A DNA stretch of 64,000 nucleotides from an uncultured bacterium (GCA_963727525.1 CAVSGO010000005.1:320001-384000); one strand, 5' to 3'. Numbered from the stretch's first letter, positions 1-10,344 are shown. The notes: generated from the sequence alone by a model not told the origin. Numbers and translations: made by a program.

Positions 1-2
1 GC

Positions 3-287
3 GGCGCCATCGCCGCTCAGCCGCGCCGCTGGCAGCAGACGCTGACAAAAGAAGGCTTCCGCGCCCGCCATCAGCGCTTCGGGGACCGTTTGTCGCGCGT
101 GCCGCGCGGCTTCCGGCCCGACGATCCGGCCGCCGAGGAGTTGAAGTGGAAGGACTACGGCAGCGCGGTAAACCTCACGCAGAAAGACGTGCTGGCCCGC
201 AACTTTCCCGAGCGCCTCGCGGAGGCCTGGGCCGAAGGCGCGCCGATGATGCGCTTCCTTTGCGAGGCCCTCGAACTGCCGTTCTGA
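3..287 (+). CDS. DUF2461 (TIGR02453-like) family protein, C-terminal part (5' truncated by window edge)
   Basis: Frame open from position 3; GDRLSRVPRGF..DDP..EELKWKD..PMMRFLCEAL resembles the DUF2461 C-terminus. Confidence 0.7.
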   Translation, partial: GAIAAQPRRWQQTLTKEGFRARHQRFGDRLSRVPRGFRPDDPAAEELKWKDYGSAVNLTQKDVLARNFPERLAEAWAEGAPMMRFLCEALELPF

Positions 288-291
288 CGCG

Positions 292-1965
292 TTACTTTGC
301 GAGCAGCACCCGGCCCGTCCGCACCTGCGTCCCCGCCTGCACGCGGTAGAGGTACACGCCGCTGGCCAGCCCCTGAGGCTGCCACGCCAGTGCGTGCCGG
401 CCCGCCGTCTGCGGCCCGCTGACGAGGGTCGCCACGCAATGCCCGACAATATCGAATACCTGCGCGCGTACGGGAGCTGGCTGCGCGAGTTCGAAGGTCA
501 GCGTGGTGGTCGGATTGAATGGATTCGGGTAGGCCGCCACCGCACCGAGCACGCCGGGCGTGGATCCACTCGCGAGGGGCACACCGGTCGCGCGCTGGTT
601 GCGGAAGATGTAGGTGGCGTCGTCCCAGTTGGCCACCACGAGGTCCGGCACCGGCGACCAGGCATACGTCACCGTGATCGGTGCGGTGAGGAGGTCGTGG
701 CGCACCGACACCCAGCCGTCGGCCGCGTGGCAGCACCAGTCGGTTCGCGGAAGGGGAACGCCGCCCACGCTCACGTCGACCACGCGCTGCACCCGCAAGT
801 GCGGCAGCGCCAGGTGTGGGCCGACGCCGGTGGCGAAGGTCGCCGTCGCGAGGCGTGTGTGACTCTCGTCGAGATCGGCGAAAGCGAAACTCTCGACAAC
901 CGAGGTATGCCCAGGATCCGTCTGCCAGTCCGGCGCAACGGGGAACGTACCATCGACGTTCACGTAGAGCCGCACCGCACCCCACCACGAGCCCGCGACA
1001 AGATCGAGGCCCGCATCCCCGGAAACATCGAGGCAGGCAACCGCCGAACCGTAGCCGTCGAAATCGCTCGACCAGTCGGGCGTGGTGGCGAGCGTGCCGC
1101 CCTCGTTGCGGTACACGGCCGCGCTGCCGTCGCCGCCGAGCTGGTCGTTGTAGTGTACGACCAGGTCGAGATCGCCGTCACCATCGAGGTCGCCGAAGTC
1201 AAAAGAATTGCCGCTGCCCGGATGCGCACTCACCCAGCCGGGGCTGGTGGCAAGCACGCCGTCCTCGTTGAAGTAGACCTTCACCCGTCCCTGCGCCGAG
1301 CCCTCGAGGACCGCGAGATCCTGGTCGCCATCGCCATCGATGTCGACGAAGGCGATGTCGTAAGACGCGTCGGTGTCGTCGCTCGCCCAGCCCGGGCTCG
1401 CCTGCAGCGTGCCGCCCTCGTTGAAGAAGATGAGCGTGGGCTCGAGGTAGGAGTGGTACTCCTCGCCGGTGGCCACGGCGAGGTCGAGATCGCCGTCACC
1501 ATCGGGATCGCCGAAGGTGGCGCGAAAGGTGTGGATGGTATGGGGCGACTCCCAGGTGGGACTGGTGGCGAGCGTGCCGCCGTCATTGGCGTAGACCTGC
1601 ACCCAGCCCGCCCCCCAGCCCGGCGTGATGTAATTGGCGACCATCAGTTCCGGATAACCATCGGCATCGAGATCGGCGAAGCCGCACATCCCGCTGAACT
1701 CGGCATCGTCCGACACCCACGTGGCCGTGTTCGGCAACTCCCCCGCCTGGCTCAGATAAACCAGGTTGGGCGCCTGCAGCATATCGTTGCCATTGCTGAC
1801 GGCGAGATCGAGAAACCCATCCCCATCGACATCGGCGAGATCGCAACCGGTGCCGAAATACCCGTTCTCGGTAGACTGCCAGTCGGGCAGCACGGGCCAG
1901 GGGAAGCTGGCTGACGCGGTCGCAGCGAGGAGGGTGACGACGAGGCAAGTGAGGCCGACGCGCAT
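292..1965 (-). CDS. Secreted FG-GAP/VCBS repeat beta-propeller protein with FlgD-Ig/T9SS-like C-terminal domain
   Basis: Signal peptide MRVGLTCLVV..ASA; about 7 DxDGDGxxDL repeats; C-terminal YPNPFNPxT..VFDIVG..SGVYLYR; GGGAG RBS before ATG 1965. Confidence 0.85.
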   Translation of the reverse strand: MRVGLTCLVVTLLAATASASFPWPVLPDWQSTENGYFGTGCDLADVDGDGFLDLAVSNGNDMLQAPNLVYLSQAGELPNTATWVSDDAEFSGMCGFADLDADGYPELMVANYITPGWGAGWVQVYANDGGTLATSPTWESPHTIHTFRATFGDPDGDGDLDLAVATGEEYHSYLEPTLIFFNEGGTLQASPGWASDDTDASYDIAFVDIDGDGDQDLAVLEGSAQGRVKVYFNEDGVLATSPGWVSAHPGSGNSFDFGDLDGDGDLDLVVHYNDQLGGDGSAAVYRNEGGTLATTPDWSSDFDGYGSAVACLDVSGDAGLDLVAGSWWGAVRLYVNVDGTFPVAPDWQTDPGHTSVVESFAFADLDESHTRLATATFATGVGPHLALPHLRVQRVVDVSVGGVPLPRTDWCCHAADGWVSVRHDLLTAPITVTYAWSPVPDLVVANWDDATYIFRNQRATGVPLASGSTPGVLGAVAAYPNPFNPTTTLTFELAQPAPVRAQVFDIVGHCVATLVSGPQTAGRHALAWQPQGLASGVYLYRVQAGTQVRTGRVLLAK

Positions 1966-2220
1966 GGCAAATCTCCCAGCAAATAGCAAAGGAAGAACAG
2001 ATCACTGTTTCGACCGTCGGCTCCCCCTAATTCGCCGCCGCGACTTCCATAGTATACCACATCGGCGGCGATCCCCAGTTTCCGTCGGAGTGAAGTTCCG
2101 CAAGTCTCTGCTTGGCTTTCACGGCAGGCTTCCACCATTCACTGAGATTTTCACGGACCTGCGCCTGCGCGTAGCCGTACTCCCCGACCACGGTGGTGAA
2201 CGGGTAGCCCTTGAGTCCTT

Positions 2221-2291
2221 TGGCTCCCCTGGTTGGACTCGAACCCAACCGGTCTCGGTTAACAGCCACAGGAACGCTTAGGCCGAAGGGA
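2221..2291 (-). pseudogene. Degenerate tRNA-Asn(GTT)-like sequence, 3' half best preserved
   Basis: Minus strand reads GGCTGTTAACCG..GGTTCGAGTCCAACCAGGGGAGCCA (anticodon loop, T loop, CCA); D arm non-canonical, extra G in T arm. Confidence 0.65.
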
Positions 2292-2506
2292 GAGTCTTGC
2301 GGAGATCTGCATCCAGCACGGACCCCGGCCAGGCGTGATGGAGTTGGACACCACCAGTGTCCGAAGGCATCGGCGCGGAGGTCGGGGATGGCGCATGTCC
2401 TGCCGAACGTGGCGTCGTCTGACGCCGCGTGGCCGTGGGCGGCGAGATGGTCGCCTGGCTCGGAGACACCGGGTTGGGAGACTGTCGTCGGGTGGCCCAT
2501 CAACCA

Positions 2507-2541
2507 CCATGGACCCGCGGCGGGATGCGGCGGGTCCATGG
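2507..2541. terminator. GC-rich hairpin downstream of gene 2559-3131
   Basis: CCATGGACCCGC / GCGGGTCCATGG perfect 12-bp inverted repeat; no clear U tract. Confidence 0.5.
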
Positions 2542-2558
2542 CGAGTCCGGAGTGGTGG

Positions 2559-3131
2559 TTAGTTGTAGAGCGACTTGATCGAGCCCCATGTTGTCTTCTC
2601 GTCCGAGACGGGACCGCAGACCGAGCGTACGTTGTCGAAGCACGCGCGCCAGGCGTTGTTTTGCGGATCCACGACGAGGCAGAGTTGGATGACGTGCAGA
2701 CCGCACGGCACCACGTAGGTCACGGTCGTCCAGGGGGTGTCGCCCGTGGCCACGGTGTCCTGGATTCCGTCGATTTCGATCATGATGTGGCCGGTGTCCG
2801 GTCCGGCGTCCACGGGCGCGAGGGAGTAGTCGATGCCGATCGTGCAATCCCCCTCGTCGCCCTGCTGGCTGCAGTAGAAGGTCTGCGAGATGCAGCCTGT
2901 GCCGCCGGGACCGCTGAACGGGGACTGGATCGCAGCGTAGCCACCGGGGTTACCGCCGGCCGCAGGAAAGGCAAGGCCCCAGTCGGGCGGGACGTTCGGA
3001 CTCCAGTCACTTCCACCATTGTCGAATTCACCGTCCATCACGTCCGCGACGGCGGTGCCGGCTCCGATGATCGTCGCAATAATGGCGACGGCAACCACGG
3101 GCCCGAATATGTGCTTCGAAAACCTCGTCAT
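2559..3131 (-). CDS. Secreted Cys-containing beta-sandwich-like protein with C-terminal TTWGSIKSLY motif
   Basis: AGGAGG RBS; signal peptide ending AVA-D; carbohydrate-binding-module-like start DGEFDNGGSDW. Confidence 0.75.
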   Translation of the reverse strand: MTRFSKHIFGPVVAVAIIATIIGAGTAVADVMDGEFDNGGSDWSPNVPPDWGLAFPAAGGNPGGYAAIQSPFSGPGGTGCISQTFYCSQQGDEGDCTIGIDYSLAPVDAGPDTGHIMIEIDGIQDTVATGDTPWTTVTYVVPCGLHVIQLCLVVDPQNNAWRACFDNVRSVCGPVSDEKTTWGSIKSLYN

Positions 3132-3385
3132 GGAATGACCTCCTGCGCGAGGGAGTGGGCGATTGAGCGAGCGAACGGCGACGCCGAGGGCGAGCCGACC
3201 GATCGCGTCGGCGAGGATGCAGGGCACGAGATGACAGGCACGAGACCAGCATACCACGTCTTTCTCGAAGAAAGAGGATCGATTTGATATTTATTTATAC
3301 AGAAGCCTCATAGTATGTCAGCTCAGGCGCATCCTCAGGAAATCCGCACTGCATGCGTTTCTTAGATTCGAATTCACGTGATCGA

Positions 3386-4201
3386 TCACCCAAGCTTGCG
3401 TGCCAGCCAGAAGCTCTCGACGGGGTGGATGCCGTAGCGGTGCCGGGTGGCCTCGTCCAGTTCCTCGGCAGCACGGTGGCAGGCGACGTCCCAGCCGGGA
3501 CGTTCGAGCAGCGTGGTCACGTCGCGGCCGAAGCGCCAGGTGTGGGCGTCGAAGTCGGCGGGGTCGACGGGGATGGGTTCGCTGCGCGCCAGATCGTCGT
3601 GGATGGGGACCTGGAGCCAGGCCACTCCGCCGGGCTTGAGGATCCTGAGCAACTCGTCCACGGCGGGTGCGAGTTCGGCCACGTGTTCGAGTACGTGGCT
3701 GCAGATGATCCAGTCCACCGAGCCCGTGCGGAACCCGGCTCGACGCAGGTCGGCGATCACGTCGGGCGCGTAGCGCGGATCGACGTGATCGTAGTCCATG
3801 CGGAAGCAGCGTCCGAGACCCTCGTGCTCGAGGACGTAACGCGTGGCCGCGGCGAGCGAGCAGCCGAGGATCGTGCGGGGCACGTCGCCGCGGGCCGTCA
3901 ATTCCTCGCGAAAGCCGTGGACGAGATGGCGATGACGATCGAAAGCGCCGCACTCCGGGCAGATGGTGGCGTGCTGGACATTGCCGGGCGCGAGGTAGGA
4001 GCGGAAGCGCAGGCCGCGCCAGCCGCACACGACACACTCCTGCCCGCGCTGGCGCACGAGTCGCTCGCCTAGCGGCAGCAGCCAGTTCGCCGCCGCGCCA
4101 CAGATCAGGCGCGTCGCCTCCACCGGGTGCCGCCAGAGGCAGGCGCGCGACCGGTTATGGAAGATGGTCTGTTTCGCGAACGACAAGGCCGACACGGGCA
4201 C
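3386..4201 (-). CDS. Class I SAM-dependent methyltransferase-like protein with CxxC..CxxC knuckle
   Basis: VDWIICSHVLEHV..ELLRILKPGG motif; CVVC/CPEC. Confidence 0.75.
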   Translation of the reverse strand: MPVSALSFAKQTIFHNRSRACLWRHPVEATRLICGAAANWLLPLGERLVRQRGQECVVCGWRGLRFRSYLAPGNVQHATICPECGAFDRHRHLVHGFREELTARGDVPRTILGCSLAAATRYVLEHEGLGRCFRMDYDHVDPRYAPDVIADLRRAGFRTGSVDWIICSHVLEHVAELAPAVDELLRILKPGGVAWLQVPIHDDLARSEPIPVDPADFDAHTWRFGRDVTTLLERPGWDVACHRAAEELDEATRHRYGIHPVESFWLARKLG

Positions 4202-4297
4202 ACTCTCCCGATGGCTCCACCCACCGCAGGCTCCCTCGCATTGTGTCGCCGTTGTCCGCGGATTGGCAAGGCGAATCCGTCGCGTGGCTCGCGCGCC

Positions 4298-4999
4298 CTA
4301 CCAGGGATTCGTGGCCCAGACGGCCAGGTCGGGCACCATGCCGCGGTCATCCAGCTCGAGGACCGACTTGATGACCACCGCGATCTCCCGCGAGCTCAGC
4401 TTGTTCGGCGGCGCCTCGCGCTCCTGACCGTCGCGTCCGAAGGCGGTGGCCACCTCGCTGGGATCGACCTGGGTGACGCGGATGTCCTGCCGGCGCAACT
4501 CGGCTTGCCAGCATTCCGTCATGCCGCGCAACGCGAATTTGGAGGCCGCGTACACCGTGCCGCCGGCGAAGCCCTTGCGCGCGGCCGTGGACCCCACGTT
4601 CACGATGTGGCCATGCGTGCCTTGCTGACGAAACACCGCGGCCGCGCGCGCGGCGAGGAGGGCCGGCCCGAAGACGTTCACGCGGAAGATGGTCGCGAAG
4701 TCGTCGTAGGTGACGTCGGCCAGTTCCTTGAAGACGCCGATACCGGCGTTGTTGATGAGGACGTCGAGCCCGCCGAGGCGTTCCGCCGCCGTGGCGATGG
4801 TGCGATCGACAACCTCGGGATCGCCGGCGTCGGCCACGATCGGTACCGCGCCGATCGCCGCGGCCGCCTTCTCGAGGCGGTCGGCCTGCCGCGCCGTGAT
4901 GGCCACGCGCGCGCCGGCTTCTACCAGCAGGGACGCCGTCGCCTTGCCGATACCCAGGCTGCCGCCGGTGATGAGGATGCGGGCATCCTTGATCTGCAT
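4298..4999 (-). CDS. Short-chain dehydrogenase/reductase (SDR)
   Basis: TGGSLGIG, NNAG and YAASK motifs; AAGGAG RBS before ATG 4999. Confidence 0.92.
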   Translation of the reverse strand: MQIKDARILITGGSLGIGKATASLLVEAGARVAITARQADRLEKAAAAIGAVPIVADAGDPEVVDRTIATAAERLGGLDVLINNAGIGVFKELADVTYDDFATIFRVNVFGPALLAARAAAVFRQQGTHGHIVNVGSTAARKGFAGGTVYAASKFALRGMTECWQAELRRQDIRVTQVDPSEVATAFGRDGQEREAPPNKLSSREIAVVIKSVLELDDRGMVPDLAVWATNPW

Positions 5000-5015
5000 G
5001 GTCTCTCCTTCTTTA

Positions 5016-6125
5016 TCAGGATGAAGCGCCGCGCGCCGCGAACAGGGTGCGCACCGCGGCGCGGCGGGCGACACGCTCATGCGCCTCCGCCTCCGAATGG
5101 TCCTGCTGGGGATCGATGCTCGTGAACAGCGACGAGTACGCGAAGACGGCGTAGCCGCCAAGCCCGGCACAGGCGGCGACCTGCGGCGCCACCTGATCCG
5201 CGTCCTGCAGATACACCCCCAGACCTGGGCACAGGCGCGCCGGATCGGCCACCCGGCGCCAGGCGGCCAGCTCGCGCGTGAAGACGTCGGCATCGGCCGT
5301 GTAGAGCATGGGCAGCGCGCGGTCGAGCGTGCCGTCGGCCAGCCACCGCGGCGCGTCCTGCAGGTACACCTCACGGGCACGCGCCGGATCGCGCAGGACG
5401 GCCGCCGAGATCTCCACGCCCGGCCGTGCCTCACGGGCGGCCGTGGCGATGCGTCCGACGAGAGCCGTGATGGCGTCGCGCACCTCGTCGCCGCCCGGCC
5501 ACCCCTGCGCCCTGTCGAGGGTCTCGGCGACGAAGCGGATGTAGTCCAGATGCAAGCCATCGATGGCATAGCGCGTGGCGATGTCGCGGCATACCGCCAC
5601 CACGTGGGCCTGCCAGGCGGCATTGCGCGGATCGGCCACCACGTAGTGCTCGTTCAGCGCCTGGTCCACACCGCGCGCGTCGCGCAGACGCCACTGCGGA
5701 TGCGCAAGCCAGGCCTGCGCGGGATTCGTCGGCGGCGTGGTGCCCTTCCAGAGCGGGCACACGTTCACCCAGGCGTGCAGGCGCAGGCCGCGCTGGTGCG
5801 CACGGGTAACGGCGGCGGCGAGCGGATCGAAGCCGGGATCGGTGGCGCCGGGCGGTAGATCGGCAAGCAGTTCGCGGCCCCAGGGTTCCAGATCGCTGGC
5901 GTAGAAGGCGTCGGCCTGGCCGCGCACCTGCCACAGCACGTCGGTTGCGCCCAGGCTGGCCGCATCGTCGATGGCGCGGTTCACGTCAACCAGCGTGCGG
6001 TAGTCCCAGCGGGTGATCCAGAGGCCGCGGTACGGTTGCACGGTGGTGACGCGGTGCGGCGCGCGGACGCACCCACCCAGGGCGACGAGCACGAGCGACG
6101 CCGCGACGACGGCGCGCTTCGTCAT
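5016..6125 (-). CDS. Glycoside hydrolase family 10-like (GHL10/YddW-type) lipoprotein
   Basis: Lipobox LGGC; RGLWI, QVRGQADAFYAS, FDPL, LHAWVN, YAIDGLHLDYIR motifs. Confidence 0.85.
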   Translation of the reverse strand: MTKRAVVAASLVLVALGGCVRAPHRVTTVQPYRGLWITRWDYRTLVDVNRAIDDAASLGATDVLWQVRGQADAFYASDLEPWGRELLADLPPGATDPGFDPLAAAVTRAHQRGLRLHAWVNVCPLWKGTTPPTNPAQAWLAHPQWRLRDARGVDQALNEHYVVADPRNAAWQAHVVAVCRDIATRYAIDGLHLDYIRFVAETLDRAQGWPGGDEVRDAITALVGRIATAAREARPGVEISAAVLRDPARAREVYLQDAPRWLADGTLDRALPMLYTADADVFTRELAAWRRVADPARLCPGLGVYLQDADQVAPQVAACAGLGGYAVFAYSSLFTSIDPQQDHSEAEAHERVARRAAVRTLFAARGASS

Positions 6126-7054
6126 CCCGCCGCAGTGCGCGCGTCGAGCTGGCCGAGGCCGTCACTCTGCTCGCGCGCATGGTAGCTGGACCGCACGAGC
6201 GGACCGGCCTCCACCCACGCCAGGCCCAGCTCACGACCCGCCGCGGCGAGGTCGTCGAACTCGGCCGGCTCCCAGTATCGCACAACGGCATGGTGCTGCG
6301 ACGACGGCTGCAGGTACTGCCCCACCGTCATGATCTCCACGCCATGATCGACGGCGGCGCGCATGACCTCGATCACCTCGTCGCGCGTCTCCCCCACGCC
6401 CACCATGATGCCCGTCTTCACGCTCATCCTCGGCCCGGCGATGCCGGTCGGGAGCGCATCGGCCCATTGGCGGGAACGGCGCAACACCTGCAGGCTCGTG
6501 CGGAAGCGCGCCTGTGGCCGCATCTCGGGATAGAGGCGCGGGATGGTCTCGAGATTGTGGTTCAGCACCTCGGGCTGCGCCACGAGAATGCTCTCCAGGG
6601 CCAGCGGATCGCCGCGGAAATCGGGAATCAGCACCTCGACGCCGCAGCCCGGATTCAGGCGGCGAATCGCGCGGATCGTGGCCGCGATGTGGGCGGCGCC
6701 GCCGTCGGGCAGATCGTCGCGATTGACGCTCGTCACCACGGCGAACCGGAGGCCCAGGTGCTTCACCGTCTCGGCCACGCGCTGCGGCTCGTCCGCCTCC
6801 AGGGACGCCACGCGCCCGCCGGGGATATTGCAGAACGTGCAGTGCCGCGTGCACACGTGGCCCATGAGCAGGAACGTGGCCGTGCCGCTGGCGAAGCACT
6901 CGCCGCGGTTCGGGCAGTTGGCCTCCTCGCACACCGTATTCAGCTTGGCCGAGCGCAGCAGGCGTTTCATCGCGTTGTACGGTTCACCACCCTGCCGCTC
7001 CATGCGTAGCCATTCGGGCTTGGGGGTGCCCTTGCTCCGGATTCTCGGGCTCAT
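6122..7054 (-). CDS. lipA: Lipoyl synthase
   Basis: KPEWL; CEEANCPNRGEC; CTRHCTFC radical SAM motif; VRSSYHA. Confidence 0.97.
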   Translation of the reverse strand: MSPRIRSKGTPKPEWLRMERQGGEPYNAMKRLLRSAKLNTVCEEANCPNRGECFASGTATFLLMGHVCTRHCTFCNIPGGRVASLEADEPQRVAETVKHLGLRFAVVTSVNRDDLPDGGAAHIAATIRAIRRLNPGCGVEVLIPDFRGDPLALESILVAQPEVLNHNLETIPRLYPEMRPQARFRTSLQVLRRSRQWADALPTGIAGPRMSVKTGIMVGVGETRDEVIEVMRAAVDHGVEIMTVGQYLQPSSQHHAVVRYWEPAEFDDLAAAGRELGLAWVEAGPLVRSSYHAREQSDGLGQLDARTAAG

Positions 7055-7911
7055 GCGGATGCTGCCTCCACCAGGGTCAGGGTCTCGCGCACGCGGAAGC
7101 GCTTGCCGTCGAACGCCACGCGGCAGGCGTCGTGCACCGTGTCGTGCTGCAGAACCAGAAGGAAATCGTCCTCCACCGCGCGGCTGAGGAACTGGCGCTT
7201 CTCGCGCACCGAGAGCAGGGGGTTCAGATCGTAGGCCGCCACCCAGGGAATGTGCACGTTGGCGGCGAACGGGACGAGATCGGCGAGGAAGGCCACCACG
7301 CCGCCGGTCGTATGGAATTCCACCGCCTGCATGCCGGGCGTGTGACCGCCCAGAGGCAGCACCCGCACCTCGGGCAGGGGTTCGACGGCGCCGTCCAGCA
7401 GCTCGAGGCGTCCCGTGTCGGCGAGGGCGCCGAAATCCTCGGGGCGGAAGCTGCCGCGATCGCGCTCGGAGGGGCGCTGCGCCCATTCCCATTGCTGCCG
7501 TTGCAACCACCAGGTCGCTCGCGGAAACGCCGGCTCCATGCGGTGGGCGAGATCGTGGAGTGCGCCGCCGGCATGGTCGAAGTGCAGGTGGGTGAGGATC
7601 ACGTCCGTCACGGACTCGGCGGGCACCCCCAGATCCTGGAGGCGCGTGATGAGCTGTCCCGGGCGCCGGTCCATGCCGTAAATCTCGCGTTGACGGGCGT
7701 CCCAGCGGTCGCCGATGCCTACGTCCACGAGGATCCGCCGGTCGCCCTTCTCCGCCAGCAAGCAGTTGAGGGCCAGCGGGATACGGTGCAGCGCGTCGGC
7801 CGGCTTCTCCTTCTCCCAGAGGACGCGTGGCACGATGCCGAACATCGCCCCACCGTCGAGGCGGAACTCGCCGTCGGATATCACCCGGAATGTCCAATCC
7901 CCGAGCTTCAT
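7051..7911 (-). CDS. MBL-fold metallo-hydrolase (YtnP-like)
   Basis: LDGGAMFG; THLHFDHAGG; GHTPG; AYDL.P. Confidence 0.9.
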   Translation of the reverse strand: MKLGDWTFRVISDGEFRLDGGAMFGIVPRVLWEKEKPADALHRIPLALNCLLAEKGDRRILVDVGIGDRWDARQREIYGMDRRPGQLITRLQDLGVPAESVTDVILTHLHFDHAGGALHDLAHRMEPAFPRATWWLQRQQWEWAQRPSERDRGSFRPEDFGALADTGRLELLDGAVEPLPEVRVLPLGGHTPGMQAVEFHTTGGVVAFLADLVPFAANVHIPWVAAYDLNPLLSVREKRQFLSRAVEDDFLLVLQHDTVHDACRVAFDGKRFRVRETLTLVEAASA

Positions 7912-8098
7912 GGGACGTTCACCCGCCTGCGCTGGAATCAGTTGGGGCTCCTGCCAGAATGGCGCGGTGGCCGCGTCGCGACCCCGCTCCTGACCCCACA
8001 GTAACGCCGTTGAGGAGCGCGGACAACCGACGAGCCCAGTCTCGCGGTCGCCAGCGCCCAGAAAACGGACAGTCATTCCCCTATATACAGTTTTTCGA

Positions 8099-8125
8099 TA
8101 AAGCACGAAACCAGTCCGCCGAACA
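8099..8125 (+). promoter_or_regulatory. Sigma28 (FliA)-type promoter of MCP gene
   Basis: TAAA-N15-GCCGAACA versus consensus TAAA-N15-GCCGATAA. Confidence 0.7.
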
Positions 8126-8183
8126 GAACACGCAGGAGCGCGAGCTCCCGGGGAGTGAGGATAGCTGAGAAAGGGGCATCCCT

Positions 8184-10322
8184 ATGTTTGGTCGTATATC
8201 GCTGCGTACGCGCCTCTTGCTGTTCGGGCCAGTGGTGCTCGTCGTCCCCCTCATCGTCGTGGCCGTGACGGTATTCAGGTCCGAGGATCACATGAGCACT
8301 CGCGCCAGTGAAGAATGCCGCAAGCTGGCCTATACGGATCTCGACCATGTGGTGAAAAATGTCGTGTCCCTGTGCGAGACTCAGGACGCCGTCCTCAAGA
8401 CGATGGTCCAGGACGGGCTGGCCGTCGCCCGCAAGGAAGTGGCTGCCAGCGGCGGAGCGCACGTCGCCGAGGAAACGGTGACCTGGAACGCCGTCAACCA
8501 GTTCACCAAGGCATCACAGACGGTCACGCTGCCTCGCCTCATGGTCGGCGACGAGTGGCTGGGTCAGAACCAGGCAGCCAACGTGCCGAGCCCGATCGTG
8601 GACGCCGTTCGGGACCTGGTCGGTGGCACAGCGACCGTTTTTCAGCGCATGAACCCGACCGGAGACATGCTGCGCGTCTGCACGAGCGTGATCAAAGCGG
8701 ACGGCAAGCGGGCAATCGGGACCTACATCCCAGCCGTGAATCCGGACGGGAATGCCAACCCGGTGATCAAGGCTGTCCTGGCCGGACACACCTACACCGG
8801 CCGGGCCTTCGTCGTCGACCGGTGGTACCTCACGTCCTACGAGCCGATCACCGATGCCGGCGGCGACGTCATGGGTGTCGTCTATTTCGGCATACCCATG
8901 GAGAGCGTCACGGCCCTGCGCAAGTCGATCATGGACATCGTGATCGGCCAGACGGGCTACGTCTATGTGCTCGACTCCGCCGGCCACTACGTCATTTCCA
9001 AGGGCGGCCAGCGTGACGGCGAGAACATCTGGGAGGCCCACGACAGCGATGGCGTGCCGTTCATCCAGCAGATCATCGCCAAGGCTCATGACCTGCCGGA
9101 CGGTGGCATCGGCGAGCAGCACTACCCGTGGGTGAACAAGGAGGGGGCCGCTCCGCGCGTGAAGGTGGCGCGCTTCGCCTACTATGCGCCCTGGGACTGG
9201 GTCATCAGCGCCGGGTCCTACGAGGACGAGTTCATGGCGGCCGAGCACCATATCACGACCCTATCGCATCGCAACCGGCTCATCCTCGCCATCACCGCCG
9301 GGCTCTCGCTGCTGCTTTCGAGCCTCGTCGGCTACGTGGTCGCGAGTCGGATCGGTGGCCAGCTCGACCGGGTGGCGACGACTCTACGCGATGCTTCGAG
9401 CAACGTGAACAACGCGTCCAACCAGGTTGCAAGCGCGAGCCAGCAGCTCGCCGAGGGGGCGAACGACCAGGCTGCGTCGCTCCAGGAAGTGAGCGCCACG
9501 CTCACGGAAATCTCGGCATCCACGGACCGCACAGCCGGCAACGCCACGAAGACGAGCGAGTCCGTCGACGCCGTGGCTCAGGCCAGCGACCGCTGTGTCG
9601 CAGCCATGCAGCACCTGGCGACGACGATGGGTGCGATCAAGAATTCGAGCGACGAGACCGCGCGCATTCTCAAGACCATTGACGAGATCGCCTTCCAGAC
9701 CAATCTGCTCGCGCTCAACGCCGCGGTCGAGGCCGCACGCGCCGGCGAAGCCGGTCGGGGTTTCGCAGTGGTCGCGGAGGAGGTGCGGAATCTCGCCCAG
9801 CGCAGCGCCGATGCGGCCCGGAGCACGGGGGGACTGATCGAGCAGGCGAGCCAAAGTTCCGACAGCGGCGTCACGGCCGTGGGCGAAGTGGCGAGCATTC
9901 TCGAGGAGATCGCCACCCGCGTCGCCGAGGTGCGCAGCCTGGTGAGCGAGGTGTCGTCGGCCAGCACCGAGCAAGCCGGGGGTATCCGCGAGGTGACGGT
10001 GGTCGTGACGCAACTCGACCAGGTCACGCAGACCAACGCCGCAAGCGCCGAGGAGACGGCCGCGTCGGGCCACGATCTTCACGACCAGGCGCGGGCCGTC
10101 GCCGACGCCGTGGCCGATCTCGTGGAGTTGATGGAAGGCGGACGCACGTCGCTCCCCGCTGCGACGGCCGCGACCATCCCGGCGCCGGCGAGCATGGGGA
10201 CGTCCCCCGTGCGCCGGCCGCAGCGGCCTACCCCGCCGCAGGGCATCTCCATCCCGCCGCTTTCGGAGACCAGAGCCAGCGTCGTCATTCCCCTGACCGA
10301 GGACGAGACCCTGGAGTTCTGA
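8184..10322 (+). CDS. Methyl-accepting chemotaxis protein with periplasmic Cache domains
   Basis: Two TM helices, Cache-like region, [34 protein letters not shown]. Confidence 0.95.
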   Translation: MFGRISLRTRLLLFGPVVLVVPLIVVAVTVFRSEDHMSTRASEECRKLAYTDLDHVVKNVVSLCETQDAVLKTMVQDGLAVARKEVAASGGAHVAEETVTWNAVNQFTKASQTVTLPRLMVGDEWLGQNQAANVPSPIVDAVRDLVGGTATVFQRMNPTGDMLRVCTSVIKADGKRAIGTYIPAVNPDGNANPVIKAVLAGHTYTGRAFVVDRWYLTSYEPITDAGGDVMGVVYFGIPMESVTALRKSIMDIVIGQTGYVYVLDSAGHYVISKGGQRDGENIWEAHDSDGVPFIQQIIAKAHDLPDGGIGEQHYPWVNKEGAAPRVKVARFAYYAPWDWVISAGSYEDEFMAAEHHITTLSHRNRLILAITAGLSLLLSSLVGYVVASRIGGQLDRVATTLRDASSNVNNASNQVASASQQLAEGANDQAASLQEVSATLTEISASTDRTAGNATKTSESVDAVAQASDRCVAAMQHLATTMGAIKNSSDETARILKTIDEIAFQTNLLALNAAVEAARAGEAGRGFAVVAEEVRNLAQRSADAARSTGGLIEQASQSSDSGVTAVGEVASILEEIATRVAEVRSLVSEVSSASTEQAGGIREVTVVVTQLDQVTQTNAASAEETAASGHDLHDQARAVADAVADLVELMEGGRTSLPAATAATIPAPASMGTSPVRRPQRPTPPQGISIPPLSETRASVVIPLTEDETLEF

Positions 10323-10344
10323 GGCGGCCAGCAAGACGGCCGAC

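Noticed and set aside
292-1965. Repeated DNA words suggesting an array
   Set aside because: They are coding FG-GAP repeats; no CRISPR-like repeat-spacer array or cas gene was seen anywhere in the window
4298-5623. Apparent 441-aa SDR fusion
   Set aside because: The upstream part overlaps the GHL10 gene out of frame; the RBS supports 4999
6122-7897. Apparent 591-aa LipA with long N-terminal extension
   Set aside because: The extension is an off-frame reading of the MBL hydrolase gene; ATG 7054 overlaps its stop
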